From a virus (lineage: Duplodnaviria > Caudoviricetes): 38,114 nt of DNA. The DNA is taken from positions 1-38,114 of IMG/VR virus record IMGVR_UViG_3300020043_002760; one strand, 5' to 3'. The position numbers and the translations under genes were made by a program. Of this stretch, positions 27,754 to 35,591 are shown piece after piece (within the stretch, counting starts at the first letter, position 1; each line of letters begins with the position of its first letter). The notes beneath the pieces are model-generated. The model saw only the letters and a list, made by a program, of their open reading frames with translations, did no database searches and was not told where the DNA came from.

Positions 27754-28114
27754 CTTCGTTAGGAGCGCAAGGGATATTGGATTTAACAGTTATCTCATGG
27801 GTAGCTGTAACGTCCGTAACAACCTTCTGGCTGAATTCGTCTTTCTTCTTGCGTTCCAAGTACCATTGAGAGGATTGTTTATCCCCATCCTCAATAGCAT
27901 CTAGCAAGACTTTCCTAGCCTTAAGAACGGGCTGTTCCTTAAGTGCTTCTTTTCTCTCCATAAACTCTGGATTAGCGTTCTGGTAATTATAGAAAGCTGT
28001 CTTTGAAATACCAGCGTAAAAACAAGCCTCTATATCAGTGCATCCAAGAGCGAAAGCTTCCTCAAGTTTACGGAGAGTGTCTTTGTCCATAACGGTAGGA
28101 CGACCACCAGCCAT
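27743..28114 (-). CDS. terS: Terminase small subunit
   Basis: GRPT + HTH (AC.YAGIS..FYNY), WYLERK; directly upstream of terL. Confidence 0.8.
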   Translation of the reverse strand: MAGGRPTVMDKDTLRKLEEAFALGCTDIEACFYAGISKTAFYNYQNANPEFMERKEALKEQPVLKARKVLLDAIEDGDKQSSQWYLERKKKDEFSQKVVTDVTATHEITVKSNIPCAPNEDGD

Positions 28115-28115
28115 G

Positions 28116-28529
28116 TTAATCTACATACCCCTGATCTTGCATCGGGTCTTTCTTGTCTTTACGGGAAAGGTGACGCTCGATTGCCTTCTCCAATGCCTTG
28201 GCTTTGAAGTCTGGGCGCTTATAGCTTTCAATGTTCTCTGGCATGCAGCCCAATTCCGTAGCCTTCAGGAGCAATTTGTCTAGCTCACTGTGGGCGGCTT
28301 TCTCTGTCGTGGACTCAAAGCTAACCACTTGGCACGTTCTTACGCGGCGGTAGTTCTGGACTTCCTTGCGTAGACGCTCGTTAATCAATCCAGCCTGAAT
28401 CATAGAACGGGCTTGCTCTAGGCTTTTAACCGCATCATCTAGGATAAACTCTTGTGTGTAAAACTCAATCGCGCTGGACGCACCGTCTTTTACAACGACC
28501 TCGCCCTCACATACTGCTTTCTTTGCCAT
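28116..28529 (-). CDS. Hypothetical protein, first gene of the late operon
   Basis: ATG after GAAGG RBS. Confidence 0.7.
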   Translation of the reverse strand: MAKKAVCEGEVVVKDGASSAIEFYTQEFILDDAVKSLEQARSMIQAGLINERLRKEVQNYRRVRTCQVVSFESTTEKAAHSELDKLLLKATELGCMPENIESYKRPDFKAKALEKAIERHLSRKDKKDPMQDQGYVD

Positions 28530-28542
28530 TTTTGCTACCTTC

Positions 28543-28574
28543 AAAAAGAAAAACCAGCCGTTTTTCAGGCTGGT
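28543..28574 (-). terminator. Intrinsic terminator ending the leftward small-gene arm
   Basis: ACCAGCC-N8-GGCTGGT then TTTTCTTTTT. Confidence 0.7.
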
Positions 28575-28577
28575 CTT

Positions 28578-28606
28578 ATCTTAACCCATTGGTTTTGATT
28601 AGTCAA
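28578..28606 (-). promoter_or_regulatory. Putative late promoter TTGACT-N17-TAAGAT
   Basis: Near consensus; TTAACC box over the -10. Confidence 0.6.
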
Positions 28607-28622
28607 TGTGAGCAATTATTAT

Positions 28623-28889
28623 CTATTCCCCTATCTCCCTTATGGCTTGGGCGATCATGGCTTTGAATATCTTAGCAGGTGTAATTTTAGCCTTAAACCC
28701 TTCAGTAATCATCTCCTCACTCGGCTCACCCGTAACGATCTTGGCGAGCTTGAGGGCGAAGCGGATTGTTTCGAATTGCTTCTCTAGCGGTGTATCCTTC
28801 ATACTGAATGGCCCATGTAATTCCATTTCGTATTTCAGGTGTGCCAGTGCCCCATCAAAATCATGGCTTGTCTGTTGGTCTTTGGTCAT
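28623..28889 (-). CDS. Hypothetical protein
   Basis: ETIRFAL and EPSEEM..G motifs seen in small phage proteins; coupled start. Confidence 0.7.
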   Translation of the reverse strand: MTKDQQTSHDFDGALAHLKYEMELHGPFSMKDTPLEKQFETIRFALKLAKIVTGEPSEEMITEGFKAKITPAKIFKAMIAQAIREIGE

Positions 28890-29470
28890 TTCACGCTCCT
28901 TGCTAATTCAATAAGAGCATCTCTAAATTCTATAGGCGTTGCGCTTGCGGATTTCCCGCTTATTGTTGGCTTGTTTCTTTCCTTACCGCGCTGGTCATGG
29001 AATCCTATTTGATGCGTTCCTATTGGTCTTTCCCATCTCATTTCCGCTGGCGAATTGTTTCCGCAGTAAAGCAGCCATGTTCTTTTATTTGCCATGTGTC
29101 CATATGCTGATTGCCATACTTCGCACACCCAATCATCTCCAAATTTTATCCACTTTCCCTTTTCTGGCCTAGGCAGATCAAACGCTTTCCATGCGTCAGT
29201 AAATGCCGGATGCTCAAGAACTCCCCCATATTTTCTGACGGATTCCAACGCTGATTTAAAGCAGCCATTATCATTTCCCGGCTTATTGTGTTCTCCTCCC
29301 CATCTTTTGTAATTCACATGGCAAAATCTACCCCAAAGCTGGCATGGTGGATGAGCAATAACAGGATGTGGGCCGCTATATTGCCTAGCATCTCGATGAA
29401 TATCCCACGGGTCAACCCCGTCAAGGCCGTAATAGCTTCCGTTGGTTTCTACGAAAAGCGCGGCAATCAT
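28886..29470 (-). CDS. Minimal C5-cytosine methyltransferase-like protein, copy A
   Basis: AHPPC (motif IV), VLEHP (motif VI-like), YGH...K.TWL (motif VIII-like). Confidence 0.65.
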   Translation of the reverse strand: MIAALFVETNGSYYGLDGVDPWDIHRDARQYSGPHPVIAHPPCQLWGRFCHVNYKRWGGEHNKPGNDNGCFKSALESVRKYGGVLEHPAFTDAWKAFDLPRPEKGKWIKFGDDWVCEVWQSAYGHMANKRTWLLYCGNNSPAEMRWERPIGTHQIGFHDQRGKERNKPTISGKSASATPIEFRDALIELARSVK

Positions 29471-29898
29471 TCATCCCCTCCGGTTTTCATGGGTGTTCTT
29501 TCAAATTCGATGGCCTGAATGATGGCGTGTAGCTCGGCCAGTTCTTCGGTTATCGCATGGCCGTTGAAGCATTTATAATCCGCGCCAAGTCCGGTTAAAA
29601 TCCTAAACACCCCTTTGTAGTTTGGGTATTCTTCTTTAGATACGCTGAAATCCGATGCCGATCTTGCCCCCTTCGGCCTTATAGCCTTCAGCGCGTCTCG
29701 GGAACGTGTGTAATGCGGGGTTCTTACGGCATCTGAAGTACCAAGTGATTTCAAAGCTACATCCAGTCGCACTATTACTATCGTTTTCGGATCAGACCTT
29801 TTTATCATATGCCATACCCTTAGATCAATTTCATCCAGCTTCGCCGTATCGCTCGGGTCAACGGACTCTATAAGGGATAGGATTTGTTTTGCTGTCAT
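29467..29898 (-). CDS. Phage ABA-sandwich-like domain protein
   Basis: EID..V, PHYT.S.DA, TEELA...AI.QA pattern; recalled from the family, not searched. Confidence 0.5.
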   Translation of the reverse strand: MTAKQILSLIESVDPSDTAKLDEIDLRVWHMIKRSDPKTIVIVRLDVALKSLGTSDAVRTPHYTRSRDALKAIRPKGARSASDFSVSKEEYPNYKGVFRILTGLGADYKCFNGHAITEELAELHAIIQAIEFERTPMKTGGDE

Positions 29899-29915
29899 CT
29901 CATCTCTCCTAATTG

Positions 29916-30013
29916 GGTGGGCGGTGAAGGATTGGTTACCTTCCTGCTATCTCGTAGGTTGCTGCTGTGTTTCAAGCAAGGCCGTGGCATCGCGTCCACG
30001 CCGACCGCCCATA
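29916..30013 (-). ncRNA. Putative tRNA-sized structured RNA element, copy 2
   Basis: GGGCGGT/ACCGCCC closing stem + ACC; CGTGG/CCACG hairpin; GAAGG/CCTTC arm. Confidence 0.55.
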
Positions 30014-30015
30014 AC

Positions 30016-30177
30016 TTATTTCTTTACTTCCGATCTCACCTTCACTCTAAACTTCCTGATCATCTCAAGGATAACCGGAATCAACGGAACCGGAACCCGC
30101 ATGGACTTCATGAGATACGGGAGCTTTTTCCGGCCTTGGCCTGCGCGAATGCCGCCGCGATTTGATTTTTTATCCAC
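30016..30177 (-). CDS. Small DNA-binding protein (53 aa; RGG.R.G.GRK followed by MRVP..L)
   Basis: Read manually; AT-hook-like plus RHH-like segment. Confidence 0.65.
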   Translation of the reverse strand: MDKKSNRGGIRAGQGRKKLPYLMKSMRVPVPLIPVILEMIRKFRVKVRSEVKK

Positions 30178-30331
30178 GGCCTGCACCTATTGCGACATAT
30201 TCCACATTTAATGTGGGTCTTTCCCACTTTCCGGTAGAGACGAATAAAACAGGCCTTGGATCCTCAATCCCCAAGTCAAACTCACGCTTCCACGCATGGA
30301 ATTCAGGCCAGTTAATCTCGCTGTATTTCAT
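30170..30331 (-). CDS. Small protein (53 aa) with NWxEFHAWKR motif
   Basis: Read manually; paralog at 37702-37836. Confidence 0.65.
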   Translation of the reverse strand: MKYSEINWPEFHAWKREFDLGIEDPRPVLFVSTGKWERPTLNVEYVAIGAGRG

Positions 30332-30443
30332 CTTCCACCTTTATAGGCCATGGGTTTAACTCTGGCTTTGGCTGAAACAATCTTTCCATCTCTTCTAGGT
30401 ATATTTGGGGCATACCCATGTTTTTGTAATCTTCGAGTGTCAT
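30312..30443 (-). CDS. Small hypothetical protein (43 aa, MTLEDYKNM...)
   Basis: ATGA overlap with the upstream gene. Confidence 0.5.
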   Translation of the reverse strand: MTLEDYKNMGMPQIYLEEMERLFQPKPELNPWPIKVEDEIQRD

Positions 30444-30862
30444 TTTGTTTCATTCCACCATTTCTCAAGAGAGTAATAAATCCATGAAGCCATCGGCTGG
30501 GCCTGACCATAGCCTACTCTATGAGTAACATCATACTTATCAGAGTAGCACTGTCCATCAAACTTCGCGATATCGATATTCGGTGAGTTTAGGGTTAGCT
30601 GCTCCCACTTAATCGCGCAAATGTCATCTGAGTTTCTATGCTGAAAAAAAGCTATGTTAACCTGCTTTCTACTGTCGGAAGATCTCATGCTTATCACATA
30701 CCCCTGCTCTCTACAGTTTTCCCATCTTGCTATCCTTGGATCGGCCCTGTATTCGTCAATGTAAGACGCCTCAAGCCCACAATAGCCCTCAAGATATGAC
30801 TTAACTGCCCTTGCCTGATAGTTGGATCCATCTGTGGATGGAACGAAAAGTCTTGCAGTCAT
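30440..30862 (-). CDS. Hypothetical protein
   Basis: Start MTARLF coupled to the upstream stop. Confidence 0.7.
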   Translation of the reverse strand: MTARLFVPSTDGSNYQARAVKSYLEGYCGLEASYIDEYRADPRIARWENCREQGYVISMRSSDSRKQVNIAFFQHRNSDDICAIKWEQLTLNSPNIDIAKFDGQCYSDKYDVTHRVGYGQAQPMASWIYYSLEKWWNETK

Positions 30863-31200
30863 GCTGCACCGCCTTCTGCCTTGGCGATCCACGCATAAGC
30901 CGAATTAACAAGGTGGGTATCAAGTTCATCATCGGTGATGCGTTTTTGGTATTCTTTCAAGAGGCGTTCGATAAGTGCCTTAGCAGAATAATGATTATTA
31001 CAAGCGCGAACGATGAAGGCGGCGTTTGCTGTTCCACCATCGTCTTGAGCTTTTAGAACCTTGCGGCTTGAATAAGCTTCATCAACAACGTCATGCCCGT
31101 GTATTTCGTAACCTCTGGCAATCATGCGAGATGATGTATCAACAATATCGTTCGTGTCTTTGTTTAAAATCCAAGGCAGCGGGGTATGTTTTTGTGTCAT
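30859..31200 (-). CDS. Phage protein of the HTP.PW...ANA.FIV.A.N type
   Basis: Motifs visible; AAGGAG RBS. Confidence 0.75.
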   Translation of the reverse strand: MTQKHTPLPWILNKDTNDIVDTSSRMIARGYEIHGHDVVDEAYSSRKVLKAQDDGGTANAAFIVRACNNHYSAKALIERLLKEYQKRITDDELDTHLVNSAYAWIAKAEGGAA

Positions 31201-31225
31201 TTCTATCTCCTTTGTTCCTATCCTC

Positions 31226-31253
31226 AGAATAACACAGTGTTTGATTTTTGCAA
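31226..31253 (-). promoter_or_regulatory. Putative promoter TTGCAA-N16-TATTCT containing an ACACAGT box
   Basis: Intergenic, upstream of the leftward small-gene arm. Confidence 0.5.
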
Positions 31254-31302
31254 AAGAAATCGAAGTAATATTCTGTCTTTGTTTGGTAATTTTGTTACAC
31301 AC

Positions 31303-31692
31303 TCAAAAAGGTATGGTATCCCCTCCGTTTTTCCAAAACTCATTCGGCGGTACGTTAATTTTGTTTTCAACATGTGCAACTTCCTTGACTGGAACAGCAA
31401 CCCCGATTGGCGCAAGTGCGGCAGGAACTTGCCCAGCAGCAAGTGCGGCTTTCTCCATGGCCCAAACACCGCGTATTGCCCCGTCAGCCAACTCTATCAC
31501 CTCTTCATGTCTGCTACCCATGATTGCATCTGAAAGCGCATCCCATTGCCGTCCGAACTTGGCTGCTAAATTTGCATCCACGAGTGTCTCTAATAAGAGC
31601 GGAACGCCCCATTTTATTTCCGCTGCCTTGACGACCATATCAAGCCTAGCGATGTGCGCGGTGGCTCTTTCTTTTAGTTCCATATCTTGCAC
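31303..31692 (-). CDS. Hypothetical protein ending GDTIPF
   Basis: KWGV..L..LV motif; SSB-like IPF tail. Confidence 0.7.
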   Translation of the reverse strand: MQDMELKERATAHIARLDMVVKAAEIKWGVPLLLETLVDANLAAKFGRQWDALSDAIMGSRHEEVIELADGAIRGVWAMEKAALAAGQVPAALAPIGVAVPVKEVAHVENKINVPPNEFWKNGGDTIPF

Positions 31693-31713
31693 TCCGTGTT
31701 GTTTGCATAAAAA

Positions 31714-31932
31714 GATTTATTTGGATTTAATCCAATTCCAATAATACTAGATTTTTTCAGCTTGACTTCGGATTGATTTATTGGCAAACTGACGAGCAGT
31801 TTGACCAAAAATAAATCCTCAATCATGCGGGTTGTCCACTTCTTAAATCCCGCTTGTGTAAAGTAAATCTTAAGCATTAAATCCTCAATTTTAGTCTTTT
31901 GAAATCGCCCAAATCCAACCAGAATTAAATCC
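31714..31932. repeat. Cluster of TAAATC(C) repeats in inverted arrangement; candidate replication origin
   Basis: GATTTA at 31714, 31724, 31775; TAAATC at 31812, 31844, 31864, 31878, 31926. Confidence 0.5.
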
Positions 31933-33918
31933 GATTTTGCCTTTGCTACGCAAGGAAATGCGGGTATTCGTCGTGATATTCTTGGCCTTACTTTCGTCAA
32001 CCATTTCCTTGAACCCCATGCGCTCCATTTCTGCCCTTAGCATTTCATAGGTAATGCATTTGACTCGGCCCATGTCAGGGATACTCCTGTCTGTACCAGA
32101 CACAACCAGAGCGTTTAGGATACAATCATAAACAAACTGCTGCATATCCGTTAGGCGTGCGTCTTTGGATGTAGATTGTGTGGGTTCTTCTATAACCGTC
32201 ACCACGCAACTTTTAACCTCTTCATTGTACCTGTTGACCCCTACGGTGACTTGCTTGAGGCCGAAATACATATCCTCGCCAATTTCCATGTCACGCTGTT
32301 TGACGACCTTGACGGTGCTAAAATCAGCCCCCTCGTCACGGCTTACTTCCAGCTCGGTATCCACGGCGGCGCGGAGGCTGCTATGACCCCTTGCTCCGAG
32401 GGCCTTGTTCTTGCCGCTGTGGTGTACGAAACAAACATGCGCACCTGTCGCGGCCCTGATTTGGTCTGCATGGTGGACGAGCAGACCCATGTCCTGACCG
32501 CTATTCTCATCCCCGCCACTAATCGCCCTTGCCAGCGTATCAACCACGACAAGCCGGACATTCCCGACCTCGGCTGCAATGTGCTTGACGGTTTCAATAA
32601 AGTTCCCAAGGTTCCTATCTGGGTCAAGGAAGTTAATTTGCGTGGTAATGACCGCAAATGGCATCCCGCGGCTTTCTTCTTTGTACTCTTGCATGAAGGC
32701 GGCAATCCTGTTGCTTAGGCCATAGCTGCCCTCTAAGGCCACGTAAACCACGCCTCCCTGATCCACGCGCCTGTCGCGCCATTTCTTGCCCATGGCGACA
32801 TGAAAGGCGATGTCCGTCATATAGAATGTCTTGCCGCAATTCGATTCACCATAAACCACGCTGAATTGACCTTGTCCGAGCAGCCCCTCGACAAAATCAT
32901 TGGCATCAATGCGCGGCGTAATGTCATAGGCCCACGTGTAGGGGATTAGGCCATCTTTTAGCTCGGTTATTATCTCGCCAGTGTCATTTGCCGCCTCTGT
33001 TGCTTGCGGCTCTGCACGGGCCTGTATTGGCTTAAATTCAACCTTCCTGCGCCAGCCTGCATCTTGCGCCATTTTAACGACTGTGCCGAAGCTGCGGCCC
33101 TTGCCAGCCGTGAAGGATTTCCACTTGCCCGCCATTTCGTGTGCGTTGTATTTAGAGCCGCGAGACGACCATTCATCCCAAAGGCTAAAGGGCAGGCCTT
33201 CGGACTGGATTGCCATGCCGATTTGTACCCATTCGTCATAACCAATGTCAGGGTTAATGTAAGAAAGTAATTCTGCCGCGTCTTCTTGCGACCAGCCATT
33301 TAGGCGTTTTACGGTTGGGCTGTATTCGATTAAATCAAGTTTTTTAACGGTTGGTTGCGCCTCTTTCATAACCGCGTCAAGCAGCACTTGTGGCGCTTCC
33401 GCGATTTCAACCATCTGATCGACCCAGCTATAAACATTCCCGCTGATATGGTGCGAGCCGGGGCCGACTACATAGCCTCCGTCTCCTCTGACATCAACTT
33501 TATTACCAATCACACCGCGGCGGGTTTTAATGGGCGTGCCGGGGTGTTTGAAGAACAAGTGCCTGCCCTTGCCAGTTCTGGCAGTCAGGGTTTCTGGCAA
33601 TGGTCCAAGGGAGGCAATTGCGGCCTCACCCTCTGGCCCGTCAATATCGACAACAAAGACCCCGCTTGGTAGGCCAGTTGCGATACCCACGTTCAGGCCC
33701 TTGCGCCCATCCCAAAGCTCTTTTACCTTCTCAATGTCATCGCTTGCTTGGTGCAACCCGCCCTTGCCTAGCGCGGGGTGTTTCCCCTGATTGGTGCAAT
33801 CCTTGTCACCGCAAGTGCATTTGCCGTCTATAATGCCATGCACCGGAAATATAGAAAACCCGTAATTATTGATTAATAATTGCGCGTCTTTTGAATTAAA
33901 ATATCTCTTCTCTGACAT
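31891..33918 (-). CDS. Bifunctional primase/polymerase (Prim-Pol) + PriCT-2 + AAA_25/RepA-type helicase
   Basis: GKHP, NVGIATG..VVDID, TGKGRH, DVRGDGGYVV; YDEWVQIGMA; GESNCGKT, VVVDT, HHSGK, ARGHSSL. Confidence 0.92.
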   Translation of the reverse strand: MSEKRYFNSKDAQLLINNYGFSIFPVHGIIDGKCTCGDKDCTNQGKHPALGKGGLHQASDDIEKVKELWDGRKGLNVGIATGLPSGVFVVDIDGPEGEAAIASLGPLPETLTARTGKGRHLFFKHPGTPIKTRRGVIGNKVDVRGDGGYVVGPGSHHISGNVYSWVDQMVEIAEAPQVLLDAVMKEAQPTVKKLDLIEYSPTVKRLNGWSQEDAAELLSYINPDIGYDEWVQIGMAIQSEGLPFSLWDEWSSRGSKYNAHEMAGKWKSFTAGKGRSFGTVVKMAQDAGWRRKVEFKPIQARAEPQATEAANDTGEIITELKDGLIPYTWAYDITPRIDANDFVEGLLGQGQFSVVYGESNCGKTFYMTDIAFHVAMGKKWRDRRVDQGGVVYVALEGSYGLSNRIAAFMQEYKEESRGMPFAVITTQINFLDPDRNLGNFIETVKHIAAEVGNVRLVVVDTLARAISGGDENSGQDMGLLVHHADQIRAATGAHVCFVHHSGKNKALGARGHSSLRAAVDTELEVSRDEGADFSTVKVVKQRDMEIGEDMYFGLKQVTVGVNRYNEEVKSCVVTVIEEPTQSTSKDARLTDMQQFVYDCILNALVVSGTDRSIPDMGRVKCITYEMLRAEMERMGFKEMVDESKAKNITTNTRISLRSKGKIGFNSGWIWAISKD

Positions 33919-33938
33919 AACCCTAAAACCCCTGTTCG

Positions 33939-33977
33939 AAAAAATACGGGCGGCAACCTTGCAAAGTCACCGCCCGT
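33939..33977 (-). terminator. Intrinsic terminator between ssb-like gene and primase-helicase
   Basis: ACGGGCGGTGAC/GTTGCCGCCCGT stem + ATTTTTT. Confidence 0.75.
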
Positions 33978-34001
33978 TGTGTCAAGCAGTGTTAATGAAT
34001 A

Positions 34002-34568
34002 TTAAAATTCGTTAACAACCTTCTTGACGGGTGCAGCGGCGGGTGCTTGGGCGGGGGTTGCCGCTACGGGGGTGTCTAGTTCGGCTGGGCGGTCTACGTA
34101 CTTCAAGATCTTGAAGGTAGGTTTGTAGTTCGTGCCGAATTTGTCTTTTTGAGCTACGGAACCAGAACATTCGACCACTGGCAACTTGCCAGCCTTGCCC
34201 TCTGCGCTGATTTCGTATTCATTGTAGAGTTCTGCAATCGCGTTGCAAACGTGCATTGACGCGCTGCCGAATTTTACCACGCCACCGAAAGCGTTTTGGC
34301 TAAAGACGTTCATTTCAAAACCGCGCTTGTGCTTGTCGCTTGGTTTTGCAGCTTTGGTAATGAGGTCTGGATCAAGCACGATTGACGGTGCTTGGCCTTC
34401 CGCGTAGAGATACCAGCCTGTCTGAATGTTCTTCAGATCGGCTACGAATGTAGGGCGTGCGATTTCGACATCTTCCCCGTCTTCGCGCTTAAACCACTTG
34501 TCGGCCTTGGCGTTGTATTTGACGAAGGGAATGAAGTCTTGTGCGGATGATACGATATTGAGTGCCAT
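34002..34568 (-). CDS. Putative ssDNA-binding protein
   Basis: Between nuclease and primase; NYKP.F.I..YVDRP motif; flexible Ala/Pro tail ending EF. Confidence 0.6.
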   Translation of the reverse strand: MALNIVSSAQDFIPFVKYNAKADKWFKREDGEDVEIARPTFVADLKNIQTGWYLYAEGQAPSIVLDPDLITKAAKPSDKHKRGFEMNVFSQNAFGGVVKFGSASMHVCNAIAELYNEYEISAEGKAGKLPVVECSGSVAQKDKFGTNYKPTFKILKYVDRPAELDTPVAATPAQAPAAAPVKKVVNEF

Positions 34569-34613
34569 TGTTTGTTCTCCTTTTAAGCGTTGTGCATTAT
34601 TGCGTTTTAGATA

Positions 34614-34666
34614 TTGACACAGTGAGTCAACACAGTTAACCTACGACTAAGATTGAAACGCGTCAA
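34614..34666. promoter_or_regulatory. Overlapping divergent promoters: + TTGACA-N17-TAACCT, - TTGACG-N17-TAGGTT
   Basis: At the divergence point of the two arms; spacings counted. Confidence 0.65.
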
Positions 34667-34684
34667 CAGGAATTTAAAAATAAA

Positions 34685-35440
34685 ATGAATGGTTTTCAGA
34701 AACATGGAATTTTACACTCTTCCCCATCATCCATAAACACCTTCGCTGCAGCACCGGATGTATGGGTTTGCGAGAAATTGTTTGGCCTGCGCGGAGCTAT
34801 GAGCGCGTCAGCCTTGCGCGGGATTGTAATAGAAGAGGCGGTTGTAAACGTCATTGCACGTGGATGGATGCACGAAGCGGCAGTTGAGGCCGCACAAGCA
34901 CGTTTTCAAAAAGAAACAATGTTCTCCATATCAGAGAAGGTAATAAAAGAAGCGGAGGCAATCGAGCCTTCCATTGCCATTGCGCTGGAAGCCTTGAAAG
35001 AATTCGGAGAGCCTGAATTTTCCACGCCGGACAAACAAGATAAAATTGAATTGCTGTGTAAGGGGGACGGGTGGGAATTACCTATCATTGGCTATACAGA
35101 TTTACCATTCCCGAAGCATGGCCTTGTCGTAGATTTAAAGACGACACTGAAAGCACCATCCGAGATGTCAGCAGCGCACAACCGCCAAGCGGCGATTTAC
35201 CGTCAAGCCAGCGGCAACAGCGCGGTCAAGTTCCTTTACGTCACGCCGAAGAAATGCGTCTGGCACGAGTGCCTCGATGTCAAAGGCACGCTTGGCGAAG
35301 TCAAAGAAATACTAAATAGACAGGAAAGGTTCTTGTCTGCTGGGTCAAAAGAGTTCTTGCGCGACATCGTGCATTTTGATCCAGATAGTTTTTATTGGAA
35401 CGGTTCAGAAGAAAACAGGAGGGCTATTTATGGTCGTTAA
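34685..35440 (+). CDS. PD-(D/E)XK family exonuclease
   Basis: HSSPSSIN, GYTD..VVDLKTT, RQ.A.Y motifs. Confidence 0.85.
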   Translation: MNGFQKHGILHSSPSSINTFAAAPDVWVCEKLFGLRGAMSASALRGIVIEEAVVNVIARGWMHEAAVEAAQARFQKETMFSISEKVIKEAEAIEPSIAIALEALKEFGEPEFSTPDKQDKIELLCKGDGWELPIIGYTDLPFPKHGLVVDLKTTLKAPSEMSAAHNRQAAIYRQASGNSAVKFLYVTPKKCVWHECLDVKGTLGEVKEILNRQERFLSAGSKEFLRDIVHFDPDSFYWNGSEENRRAIYGR

Positions 35441-35495
35441 TGACAAACAATTCAGGCTGGAAAGGCGCGTCACTGGTTACGTGTCGCCAATTAAC
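35417..35495 (+). repeat. 79-bp exact direct repeat, copy 1
   Basis: Identical to 38036-38114. Confidence 0.92.
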
Positions 35496-35591
35496 AAAAA
35501 GCGGGTCATGGCATATGCGAAGAAGTACGCTGTGCCAATGTCGCGTGCTTTGAATATGATTCTTGTGGAGTTTTTCACGGTGAAGAAATGA
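35430..35591 (+). CDS. Ribbon-helix-helix-like DNA-binding protein (53 aa)
   Basis: AGGAGG RBS; RVTGYVSP..K.RV..YA.....PMS.AL..IL.EFF pattern. Confidence 0.65.
   Translation: MVVNDKQFRLERRVTGYVSPINKKRVMAYAKKYAVPMSRALNMILVEFFTVKK

Noticed and set aside
33992-34016. TTAA-N6-TTAA-N6-TTAAC as CtrA sites
   Set aside because: Spacing is 6 rather than 7, and it overlaps a stop codon in AT-rich DNA
34685-35440. Cas4/CRISPR system
   Set aside because: PD-(D/E)XK nuclease lacks the Cas4 cysteine cluster; no repeat-spacer array found
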